A DNA stretch of 64,000 nt, taken from Antedon mediterranea (taxonomy: Eukaryota; Animalia; Echinodermata). The notes under the pieces were generated by a model, which was not told the origin of the DNA, did no database searches, and was given only the letters and a program-made list of their open reading frames with translations. The stretch is from positions 28,321,175-28,385,174 of the forward strand of contig NC_092677.1 of the NCBI RefSeq assembly GCF_964355755.1, given 5' to 3'. This document shows positions 38,001 to 48,275 of the stretch, piece by piece (position 1 is the stretch's first letter; each line of letters begins with the position of its first letter). A program made the translations under genes and the position numbers.

Positions 38001-41000
38001 TACTGTGGCATATTTTAACGATATAACTTGTTATTTTGTTTCTAGGATTCAGATGTTGCAGATGAGAGACAAAAAGTTTCTGAGCTTGATCCTAAAAACA
38101 GTGATTCTGCTGTAATTTTACAAAATCTTTCCAAGGTAAAAGATTAGATGAGAAATTTAACTCATTTAATTTTAAATGTTGATTCATTGAGTAATCCTAA
38201 CCCAGAATCACAAATTTAATAATATTGAATACTATGTTAAAATACTGTATATATACCTTTCAGGTGTACAGGAAGAAGCCAGCTCCTGCAGTGGATCAAC
38301 TATGTCTTAACATACCCAAGGGTCAATGCTTTGGTCTTCTTGGAGTTAATGGTATGTACCTGTATATATTAACTCAATACAACAGCTTTAAATTTTATTA
38401 TGTATTATTAATATTGAAAGTCTGACATTTGTCATGTTATAAATTATTGTATTAGGTGCTGGCAAGACTACAACATTTGGAATGTTGACAGGTGATCTGA
38501 GCATTACAGCAGGAACAGCTTACATGGATGGATTTGACATCCAAACACAGAGGAAACTCGTAAGTCTATGTTGATTGAAAAAGATTTAAACTATGATGCA
38601 TTTTGTTTGTACCTCATTGTTAAAAGGACAATAAAAAATATTCAAACTTTGTATAATTCAAGACACCTTTTCAAGTCGAATTTTTCTTGTTTTATCAAAC
38701 AATAATTCATATATTTTGTCAACAGGTTCAGCAAAGAATTGGATACTGCCCTCAGGTTAGTGAACTTTCTTTCTTGTTGTAAAAGATTCCTGATATTGTA
38801 TTCATCACTACATGATAACAAATAATAGTTTTAAAGAATTGCTTCTTGAGTTCTACGGCAAATTGATACATGATACTGTTTCTTTTTTTAGTTTGATGCT
38901 TTGCTTGAGCGGCTAACAGGACGTGAAGTATTGACAATGTTTGCTCGTCTTCGTGGTATTCCAAATCATAACATTGAAAATGTTGTTGAAACTACCGTCA
39001 CACATTTGTCTCTTAATAAATGGGCAGATAAACTGTGTGGTGATTATAGGTATGTTGTCACTGATAAACTGTGTGGTGATTATAGGTATGTTGTCACTGA
39101 TAAACTGTGTGGTGATTATAGGTATGTTGTCACTGATAAACTGTGTGGTGATTATAGGTATGTTGTCACTGATAAACTGTGTGGTGATTATAGGTATGTT
39201 GTCACTGATAAACTGTGTGGTGATTATAGTTATGTTGTCACTGATAAACTGTGTGGTGATTATAGGTATGTTACCAGTCAATCAAATGCTCTGATACTCC
39301 TGCTCTAGTAAACAATCTTAAGATATTTTTTATGTGTATGATGATACAAAAAATAAATTTATTTTAAACATTTGTTTAAGTTATAATAATTTTTTTTATA
39401 GTGGTGGAAACAAGAGGAAACTTAGCACTGGTATTGCTTTAGTTGGGAACCCACCAATTGTTTTCCTGGTAAGAATGGTTACATAATATTATAACTAACT
39501 CTTCACAGATTTACGATGTTTGTGTATAAGTATGAACAACCAAGTAGGACAAATATATTGAAATTATTCCAGATACAATAAGAAATATTTTTATCCAACT
39601 GAACTTCAGAAAACTTGTCTAGTGCGGTAGTTTCTTGTCAGTAGAGTGGATTTTTAATTAAGAATTAATTATGAGAATGAAATATTACATCTGGCACATT
39701 TAATTCTTTAGGATGAGCCTACGTCTGGAATGGACCCAACCGCACGACGATATCTATGGAATGCTCTGACATCTGTCATGAAAGGTGGACGCTCCATTGT
39801 GCTAACATCACATAGGTAGAGTTTATTTTAAATTAGCTATACTGATTGATATAATCTGCTTCCCAAGTTTGTAATTGAAACTAATAATCTATCTTGTTAC
39901 AGTATGGAAGAGTGTGAGGCCTTATGTACCCGTTTGGCTATAATGGTAAACGGACAATTTAAATGTCTAGGGAGCACACAACATCTTAAAAGCAGGTATA
40001 CTATTATTTGGCCTTGTTGCTTCTTCCATATCTCATATGAATGAGACATGTGAGACATTCTGTTAATTTTCATTAAGGACTGAATAAATTGGAAGCATAA
40101 TATTCATGAGTTAAACATGTATCTACTGTATGCATTCAATGACTGACATTGTTTTGTAGGTATGGCAAGGGCTATACAATGGTATCTACTGTATGCATTC
40201 AATGACTGACATTGTTTTGTAGGTATGACAAGGGCTATACAATGGTATCTACTGTATGCATTCAATGACTGACATTGTTTTGTAGGTATGACAAGGGCTA
40301 TACAATGGTATCTACTGTATGCATTCAATGACTGACATTGTTTTGTAGGTATGGCAAGGGCTATACAATGGTATCTACTGTATGCATTCAATGACTGACA
40401 TTGTTTTGTAGGTATGGCAAGGGCTATACAATGGTTGTTAAAATGGAAGATGGTGTGCCCATGGATGGAATTAAATCATTCATTAATGGAACATTTGAAG
40501 GTGCAGTTCTTTTGGAGGAACATCAGGTAAACTATGTCATAATACAGACCTTCAGTTCTATTAGTTCATTCAGTTTATGAAAGGTTTTGTATTTAATAAC
40601 AATATTACAATACAATGTTATTCAGGGTGTATTACAATATCAAGTGGAAAATAGTGATCTTAGCTGGTCTTACATATTTGGTAAATTAGAAAGTAACAAA
40701 CAGGAGTTGAGAATGGAAGATTACAGCGTCAGTCAGACAACACTAGAACAGGTAAGACATTTGACAGTTATTGTCTCCAACATGTGTATACCATGCTCTT
40801 TAGTATCAGGCTTTTCTTCTTTCATGTTTTTATACCAAAATAAAAAAACAAAGAGTGGGTTCTTAAATTATTACTTTCATTTGTTTAAGGTGTTTATCAA
40901 TTTTGCAAAAGAGCAGCACACAGACGCAGCATTTTCCAGAAAATTAAACAAGGCACATCACACAACATACGTAGAAGTTCCATCAACTGGGGCTAATCTT

Positions 41001-41054
41001 CGTAGGGAATCAACCAGGAGAAGTTTACGATCAGGACCACAATCACCAAAATAA
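20023..41054 (+). CDS. ABCA3: ABCA-subfamily full transporter, paralog B (ABCA3-like); complete, about 41 coding exons
   Basis: First coding exon 20023-20082 [20 protein letters not shown] (classic ABCA LLLWKN start; not in the ORF track), then 21946-22019, 23389-23420, 23843-23950 and on, with the same exon structure as paralog A. NBD1 at 29689-31623, NBD2 at about 38264-39995, TAA at 41054. Orthology uncertain. Confidence 0.93.
20511..21440. mobile_element. 930-bp MITE with about 38-bp TIR and 3-bp TSD (PIF/Harbinger-like)
   Basis: cgcccgtattcttaaaccggactttagtcgtagttcga ... tcgaactatgactaaagtccggtttaagaatacgggcg, flanked by TAT/TAT; many subterminal cgact/actaaa motifs. Confidence 0.85.
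22270..22858. repeat. Complex higher-order tandem repeat (period roughly 150-180 bp, built from about 33-40-bp subunits)
   Basis: Recurring agactttagtacca, caggagacttgtactaaattgtaaagttactcagg and ggcatctattcttctatc blocks. Confidence 0.85.
24482..24773 (+). repeat. Diverged duplication (about 145 bp) of an intron end, acceptor and 5' half of an ABCA-B exon
   Basis: aag|ctgttgtattggcattgaggagacagc...ctcataacctag (24543) vs the real exon aag|ctgttgtatttgacattgaggaaacagc...ctcataacctag (24693). Confidence 0.9.
26329..28704 (+). repeat. 72-bp tandem array, 33 copies, of an ABCA-B exon 3' end plus splice donor
   Basis: Unit ctactgatgtggttcctcagttatctgccattgttcattctaccctacgatgaaacatcagg|gtaagtagtt; 2376/72 = 33; the first copy is coding ([21 protein letters not shown]). 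Confidence 0.97.
29511..29624 (+). repeat. Irregular duplication of an ABCA-B splice donor
   Basis: ggtttacaag|gtaagtaaaattacattt with donors at 29521 and 29568, plus partial copies. Confidence 0.85.
30531..31333. mobile_element. Insertion of about 800 bp (probable transposon) in an intron otherwise alignable between the paralogs
   Basis: The paralog A intron 7549-7670 aligns to both flanks (tatgttataaatac ... tttactttag); the intervening sequence is absent from A. No clear TIR or TSD, boundaries approximate. Confidence 0.55.
31615..31799 (+). repeat. 23-bp tandem array, 8 copies, spanning an ABCA-B splice donor
   Basis: Unit atgttgaag|gtactgtatacttt; single copy in paralog A at 7937-7959. 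Confidence 0.95.
33706..34722. repeat. 35-bp intronic minisatellite, about 29 copies
   Basis: Unit taagatgttattatatcagcattactgtt(t/a)ggaaa. Confidence 0.95.
34798..35033. repeat. 81-bp tandem repeat, about 3 copies
   Basis: aagcatgccatacaacatttg... recurs with an 81-bp period. Confidence 0.9.
36399..37047 (+). repeat. 73-bp tandem array, 9 copies, of an ABCA-B exon 3' end plus splice donor
   Basis: Donors ATG|gtaagt at 36461, 36534, 36607, 36680, 36753, 36826, 36892 (copy with a 7-nt deletion), 36965 and 37038; single copy in paralog A (donor at 11550). Confidence 0.95.
39027..39272 (+). repeat. 36-bp tandem array, 7 copies, spanning the donor before the NBD2 signature exon
   Basis: Unit gataaactgtgtggtgattatag|gtatgttgtcact ([12 protein letters not shown]); single copy in paralog A at 15350-15385. 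Confidence 0.95.
40119..40435 (+). repeat. 63-bp tandem array, 5 copies, spanning an ABCA-B splice acceptor
   Basis: Unit gtatctactgtatgcattcaatgactgacattgttttgtag|gtatggcaagggctatacaatg; exon starts possible at 40160, 40223, 40286, 40349 and 40412 (the last is the productive one). Confidence 0.95.
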
Positions 41055-41457
41055 GAGTATTGTGAATCAAAATATTAACCCTTCAATTGGTGTCTAATTT
41101 GTTCTCAGATGATTCGTCATGCACACATTATATGCACTTGTTCCAAAGTATTGGGTTGTATGCTCACTTTGTAGTGACTGGGTGCACTTGTTCCAAAGTA
41201 TTAGGTTGTATGCTCACTTTTTAGTGACTGGGTTTACAGCAAATTTTTAAAATATAAAATGAAACATTTTTATTCGTTTTACAATTAATTGTATAGTCTG
41301 TATTCTTAACCTGATTGGCATAACATTTAGATGGTGCTACTGAAAAATGGTGGCGGTACCGATTGTGGTCTAATAGCCTGATGACAAAAATAAATAAATA
41401 TACATTGTGGACAGGGTATTTATGTTGTACTAGATATTGTGGACAGGTTTTCAATGT

Positions 41458-41685
41458 TATACATCACATTGCAGTTAGGGTATCAGTTGCAGGCTGGGTA
41501 AGATGTATACATCACATTGTAGTTAGTGTATCAGTTGCAGGCTGGGTAAGATGTATACATCACATTGCAGTTAGGGTATCAGTTGCAGGCTGGGTAAGAT
41601 GTATACATCACATTGCAGTTAGGGTATCAGTTGCAGGCTGGGTAAGATTGCAGTTAGGGTATCAGTTGCAGGCTGGGTAAGATGT
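41458..41685. repeat. 48-bp minisatellite, about 4.7 copies, in the putative ABCA-B 3' UTR
   Basis: Unit tatacatcacattgcagttagggtatcagttgcaggctgggtaagatg. Confidence 0.9.
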
Positions 41686-42764
41686 GGGGGTATATATTTT
41701 AAATGTAAATTGTAGACTGGTGTGCCAGGATATGTTATAACATTGCATACAATGTTACAGTGTGTTTAACTTTCACCCATCGTAAAGTTTTTTATCACAT
41801 TATCGTCTGTCTAGTTTTTTCATACTTGTAATCTAAAGTTTGATTTTAGGTGTTGTATCCATCACTAAAAATTACTATACAATGAATAAATATTAGTAAT
41901 GATGAACAGGCATAGCACATTATGCATGAAAAGCCATATTAATAATGATGAACGGGCATAGCACATTATCAAAGCCATATTAATAATGATGAACGGGCAT
42001 AGCACATTATGCATGCAAAGCCTCAATCAATGCATTTAACAAAAATAATAAAAAGCGGAACGCTAGCAAGAGAAAAAGGAGTGTAAATGGTGATTTTTCA
42101 AAGAACCCAATATAAGCAATTGAATTTATACAGTTTTATATATTTTAAATTATTCAGGATATAATATTTGGAGAATTGAATAATCTATTTCTTATAATTT
42201 CTATTTTTATAATCGTGACTAAAATCAATTAGGAGCAAAAGTAATAATATGTACTGATGTAAACTTTGTCTATTTCACTATTACTCACCAAAGATCTAGT
42301 AGTATTGTATGTTATTACTGTAGAGCCTAGCTATTTTCTTGCCAGTTGCCCAACTTGCTATTATACAATGTTTTCAACTTATGTCAAAAGCCCATAATAG
42401 CTTTCATGTTTATATATGTTTCCCATTTTTGCCGTTTTACGGCGGCGTATCGTAACACATTTTATTGGTGATTAATATTATATTTGCTTCTGCCGGCATT
42501 TTCTGTGCTAAACAGATAAAGCAATTTTTAAATTGTTTTTGTTTATTGTGTGTGCAGTATATAAAGGAGTTTATCCTGGTTTTTAAATGGTAACAATAAA
42601 AACGAGCTAATTACTTGCTAATTTTGACTGGTGATTTTGTTGATCATGAATAATCCATAAATGATTACACTGAATAAACAATTTAAAAAGGTACCTCATA
42701 AGATGAAAAAGACATGCATTTTGAAAATGCAACGTTTTGATCTAGGAGTATATTCATATGCCTA

Positions 42765-43583
42765 TGTTATGCGCGATTTGAACGATTTGCGCAATTTGAA
42801 ATTGCGCAAGGATTTTCTTGCGCAATTTAAAATTGCGCAAAAAATTCCTTGCGCAATTTGAATTGAAACATGTGTTTCAAATTGCGCAAGCAACGTATTA
42901 AATTGCGCAAGTAATCTGCAAATTGCGCAAGGTTTTTCGACAGATTGTGAAATCATGCACACCCATATTTTTTAGTAATTTCTAAGAATGATTCAAAATT
43001 AAAGATAATATCGCATTTCCTTACCCTCCCGGGAGCTACCCTCCCGGGAGCTTCCCTCCCGAATTTTTTTTTCCAAATAAAAAAAATCTCGAATTCCCAA
43101 TGGTTCTATAAAATACCATATTCACACATAATATGAGGAGAAGGCATAAATAAATACCAATAGTATAATATAATAATTTCAATTCAAATATCAGTACTGT
43201 ACTAATGACGATTAATAAGACTAATAACGATTGGATTTTTTTTAGAAACAATAATTATTACGAATTATTAGACGTCTACTATTTAACTTAAAAATTAATT
43301 TCGGTACCATTCTCAACAACAAATGAGTACAATAATAAAAATAACAAACAGTTCGTTTTCAAATTGCGCAAAGGTGTCATATTGCGCAAGAACTATCTTG
43401 CGCAATTTACAAATTGTGCAGCGCAATTTGAAATTGCGCAAGGATTTTCTTGCGCAATTTCAAATTGCGCAAGTTGATTGCGCAATTTAATATTGCGCAA
43501 GAAAATCCTTGCGCAATTTCAAATTGCGCAAGAATTCTTTGCGCAATTTAAAATTGCGCAAATCGTTCAAATCGCGCATAACA
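42765..43583. mobile_element. 819-bp non-autonomous DNA transposon with TGT...ACA ends and 4-bp TSD (Ginger-like); arms made of TTGCGCAA repeats
   Basis: tgttatgcgcgatttgaacgatttgcgcaattt ... aaattgcgcaaatcgttcaaatcgcgcataaca, flanked by ccta/ccta. Confidence 0.85.
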
Positions 43584-44087
43584 CCTATATCGGATTCCTT
43601 ACATCAAATATTAAATGTCAAAGTGTTGTTTGTATTGTTTGCCTGTGAAATTATATATCTTCTGTTATGGCTGTAACGGCCGCCCATAGTGCGACAACCA
43701 CAAATGTCGAAGGAAACCATTCGCGTCGACTGTGATTGTAACGCGTTTTGCATACATGTTGGTGGAGAGGAGGAGGAGAGAAGAGCATGCACGTTTTGGT
43801 GGCGAGTACAGCTGCTGCAGCACATCAGCATGCAGATAGCGGATCATTTGTTGGCCTAGCCTAGGATAACGTCTATTAGAAACGTAAGCGGACAATAATG
43901 ATTTAACAATTTAAGCTACCTACCAACCTAGATAGTAGTAATAAGTGTAGACTACTACTGTAGTAGTATAATAAATTATACATAGGCTAGGCTATACTAC
44001 TACTAGGGTAGTATTAGGCTGGGCCGCCTACTACTAGGCTCCCAGCTAGGCCTACTTTGGCTACTAGGCTATACAGTAGTGGCAAAG

Positions 44088-46862
44088 GGGATCCAGTCAA
44101 GTCGCCCCATCGCAAAGTCGCCCCATACAAAGTCGCCCAATACAAAGTCGCCCAATACAAAGTCGCCCCATCGCAAAGTCGCCCCAAAACAAAGTCGCCC
44201 AGGCACAGTCGCCCCATCGCAAAGTCGCCACATTACAAAGTCGCCCCAGCGCAAAGTCGCCCCAACGCAAAGTCGCCCCATCGCAAAGTCGCCCCATCGC
44301 AAAGTCGCCCCATCGCAAAGTCGCCCACGGTTTTATTTCGGTATGATTATGAAGCGCCGCCGTAGTAGTAGCCTACGCTGTTTCATATCGGTTGCGTTTG
44401 ATATCGATTGCGTTGTTACTTTGGTCGCGCTAAATGTCGTATAGGCCTACATTACAATGTTTATCCTATATTATATACATAAAATTTTTATTTTACAGGT
44501 TTTAATGGAGTGATGTGCTTTTAAAAAATCATTAAAAAAATAGTCCCTTGTTTGAAAGTTCTAAAAAGATTATCCCTGATTTATAGTTTCGAAAATGTTA
44601 AATTAGTTACCAGAGCCACAATTACGAATCTTTCTTCAACCTACGCCTGGATACCAGCTCATTTTTTAGGATAATATAATACATGTATAAATGTGTAGGC
44701 CTTCGTATAGATTTGTAAGACAATGAGTTGTAAAACAGTGTTGTAAGACAATGAGTGTTATAGGCTACTTATTGATCATTTTGCATTTATTGACAAGTTA
44801 TGTGTCTTACTTTTATAATGACTTTTCAAAATGAAGGAAAAAAAAAGGATTTCATCGCCGATATGATTGTTTTACATGCAGGTATTTTAGTAAAATTTAA
44901 AACGCTACATTTTGACCATGGAAAAACCATCGTACAGTATCGTGTGCGTGTTTTTTAAAAAGGGGAATCCCCGACGGTCAGCAGAAAGACGTAGCAGCTG
45001 TGAGGAAACAGATACCAGAAGGCGCAGCTCCGATTGGTTTGAGAGAATGTTTCAGATGGCGAGTCGCCTTTTATTCAACAGCACAATGATCATTTTACTG
45101 AAGAAATTCTTTTCAACCCTTTTGGTTTTAGAACATTCTAATTAACATGCCTAATAAATATCCTCATATCGGGTGTATATTTAATTTTAAATTAAACAAG
45201 ACAGTGAAGAGGCACGGAATAATACGTACACAGACGTACGACGAATACACACACGCACGTCATCATTTACGACATATAGTGGTGATATGATGCAATTTTA
45301 TAATTGATATAATGTAATATAACTTTTATATTTAAGAAATTGACCTTTGTATCGGAATTTAAATAGGTTCACAAACTTGACCCAGAAAGTCCAGAGGAGA
45401 GTTTGTCCAGATGTTTTAATGACCATTTAGTTTATAATAGAGTCCCTAAAGAAAACACTTAGCTTAATTTTGTGACTTTCCCATCGTTAAACCAGGAGTG
45501 ACTGACACTATTTAAGTACAGATTTGACAGTGTCATCCATCACAGAAATACCTTATTATACCGTTAATCACTCCCACTTAAACACCCCTGGATCAACTTA
45601 GGACCAATCGTTACCCTCACAGATTACGTAATTGACATATGCTAATGAACTGAGCCAATATACTCCCAAGTTTCAGAAGGGCCCAGACACACCTTACAGC
45701 CATTTCACGGAGCACACACCTTACAGCCATTTCACGGAGCACACACCTCACAGCCACTTCTTCAGAAGCAGACCTACACACTTCACACCTCACCGACAGC
45801 ATCATTGATTGTCCGTTCCTTATGTATACTTATAGTTGTATATTGTACTGAAGTATTATACTGAATAAACAATATGTGTTACGACAGTCAAGCGAGTTAG
45901 AGTCTTTCATTAGTACCTCAACAACGCAACATTATATTACAATAATGATGAGATAGGCCTATTCCAGGCTTACAATCAATGTTCATTGTAATACTATGTA
46001 TAATAATAGTAAACTGAATGTTTATAAATAAATTGTTTTACGTAATTTGTTGCATATAAAATAAAAGACACAGACGCAGCCTACGTTTCCTATAAAATAT
46101 TTCACATTTAAATAATTATGTACTGTCAAATGACATTATGCTGGATAATAATATAATCTTAAACTATGTTTACAAATTGTCATTTTTTTAAGGCACACAT
46201 CTTTCCCATCATACTGACCTGTAAAATAAAAACAAAAATCAATTATTAATATAGACCTAATAATAACAATAAATATTCATCGACCAAAGTAAAAATAATC
46301 TAGATCGTATAACATCATTTTATCGCCACCAAAATTAAACGCGACCGATTTCGAACGCGACTGATATCATCGTAAAACTCCGGCGGGGTTTCCCCATCTT
46401 CAGAATGGTGCGTTGTAGTGCGACAACGGCGGAGTAATTACGGGGTTTCCCTCAGCTCTGCTGGTAAGCTATAGCACGTTAGTGCGACCGCTGAGTGATT
46501 AGTCGGGGTTTTCACTCTGATGATGGGGGTGCGTGCCGATCGTGTGAGCTGAGACTACATGGCGGGGCTTCCCCTTTTATGCCTACACGTTCCGTGTTAT
46601 TTTGTGTATCATTGCGACATTTTACGCACTTGTAAACTATTTTTTAACGTTTTGGGGCGACTTTGCGATAGGGCGACTTTGTGATGGGGCGACTTTGCGA
46701 TGGGGCGACTTTGCGTTGGGGCGACTTTGCGATGGGGCGACTTTGCGATGGGGCGACTGTGTCGGGGCGACTTTGTTTTGGGGCGACTTTGCGATGGGGC
46801 GACTGTGTAAGGGGCGACTTTGTATGGGGCGACTTTGCGATGGGGCGACTTGACTAGCATCC
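44088..46862. mobile_element. 2775-bp non-autonomous Mutator/foldback-like element with 9-bp TSD and tandem-repeat TIRs
   Basis: TSD gtggcaaag at 44079-44087 and 46863-46871; arms of about 16-bp aaagtcgccccatcgc repeats (44098-44327, inverted at 46633-46853); further internal inverted homology (44386-44437 vs 46316-46368; 44485-44500 vs 46217-46232). No transposase seen. Confidence 0.88.
45313..45941 (+). mobile_element. 629-bp solo LTR nested in the Mutator-like element
   Basis: tgtaatataa ... ttatattaca termini, ataa/ataa 4-bp TSD, AATAAA at about 45864; a 4-bp TSD fits Gypsy-type integration. Confidence 0.75.
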
Positions 46863-46904
46863 GTGGCAAAGAACGAATATAGTACTAGTCATCTGGGTGG
46901 TTTG

Positions 46905-46957
46905 TAATTAGGGTATATGCATGATATGTATATAACCTCTTGATTCTGTCAGGATCT

Positions 46958-46988
<31 letters not shown>

Positions 46989-47571
46989 TTCTTTCCTTAG
47001 CACTATTAGTATTTTGTCCGTGAATTATCTTGATATCAGTTTCATCTAGCTAAGTCAATTTTTCAGAGTATATTCCTTATGGCCAGGAATCGATGTGGTT
47101 ATGCTTTCACGGTGCGCAATCAAACATTACGCGGTCTACGCACGATTTAATGATTATCACGTTTGTAATCATATTAATGATTATCACGTTTGTAATCATA
47201 TCTTCACAAGCATGAATCATTTTTAAACAAAATTTGGTACTCATAAATTTCAGGTCATATTTCATCATATGGCAATACAATTAGGTGCGTAGCGCATATA
47301 ACGCATGCGTACACGCGCTTAAAATGTTCAAAATTGTCAGAATTTATTTTCGATGAAATTATAGTACGTTTCAGGCAATTTTAAGCGTTTAAAAAATTAC
47401 CATGAGTGCGCAGATTTTTGCACGCGCACTGCGCATCAAACGTTAATGCGCACTTTTTTGTCCGATTACTGTTGTATAACCTTTCTTTAATAATATCATC
47501 ATATTTTATTCACTTTTCAACGCGAAACAGCGTTATACGAGCACGTCAAAAGTGACAGGCTATGCACGTGT
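46905..47571 (-). mobile_element. Second, inverted copy of the HINE-like core, carrying a (TAAA)n microsatellite
   Basis: 47025-47571 is the reverse complement of about 13688-14170 (e.g. acacgtgc.tagcctgtcacttttgacgtgctcgtataacg; cgattcctggccataaggaatat). Confidence 0.75.
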
Positions 47572-48199
47572 TTTTGTTTGCTAACGTTTTCCGTCTTCCG
47601 ACATTACGCTTTCCACAATTTGTTTCCATTTTTTTCTGTTTATGGCAGGATGGTTTGTTATTGTGTTAGTGTCTACTAGTCCTTGTAAGTCTTTCTTTAT
47701 TTGATTCATCCAGTTATTTCTTGGTCTTCCTACGGGTCGTTTTACTTTCCTGTTATGCACGTGTAAGTTAAAAAAATGGTGAAAATATGCTAAATTTTAA
47801 AATTAATATATATCGTTAGAATGCTCGGGAACACCTATTTTTTATTTCATTTTCTTGAAGTGTATGTATCATATGTATGATTTATTATGAAATTAGGAGA
47901 AAAAAAGTTGATTAAGTCATCATTAATGGCATATTAAATTTTAAAAAATTAATTTTGACAATCAAACAAATTATAACATTTTCTTAGGCCGAAATAACAA
48001 ACTTAACATTAACTTTCTTCCTTAAGGAGTTCATATATTAAAGTTAAAAGTATATAGTTTGACAGTGCATCATTTTTTTAAATTTTCAAAGATGTCATCA
48101 TAGTAAAACATTATAATTCATTGCGATATGTAATAATCTATCTGCACCAAAGTGGTTACTGCATAGTAAATACACGGAGGAATCTTTCCATAACTTTAG

Positions 48200-48275
48200 T
48201 CAGTTGTGTATGGCTCGTTGGTCTTTGCTCGTGTCTATAGCATTCAAGGTACCGAGTTCGAGTCTCACCTTGGGA
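48200..48275 (+). mobile_element. tRNA-derived SINE head or tRNA pseudogene
   Basis: Pol III A box tggctcgttgg (48211) and B box gagttcgagtc (48254) at tRNA-like spacing; no convincing cloverleaf. Confidence 0.5.

Noticed and set aside
20023-41054. Paralog B as a pseudogene or a haplotype-duplication artefact
   Set aside because: The exons I checked join in frame with intact catalytic motifs when the exon-proximal splice sites are used, and most introns and extracellular exons are too divergent from A to be alleles. Not every codon was checked.
41476-41660. TTAGGG hexamers as interstitial telomere sequence
   Set aside because: One hexamer per 48-bp unit, never tandem.
44014-44444. Overlapping KSP/KVAP-repeat ORFs resembling histone H1 or protamine-like proteins (also 46602-46869)
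   Set aside because: They are translations of the 16-bp repeats in the transposon arms, open in several frames on both strands.
48200-48275. Functional tRNA gene
   Set aside because: A and B boxes are present but the acceptor and anticodon stems do not pair convincingly; kept only as a SINE head or pseudogene.
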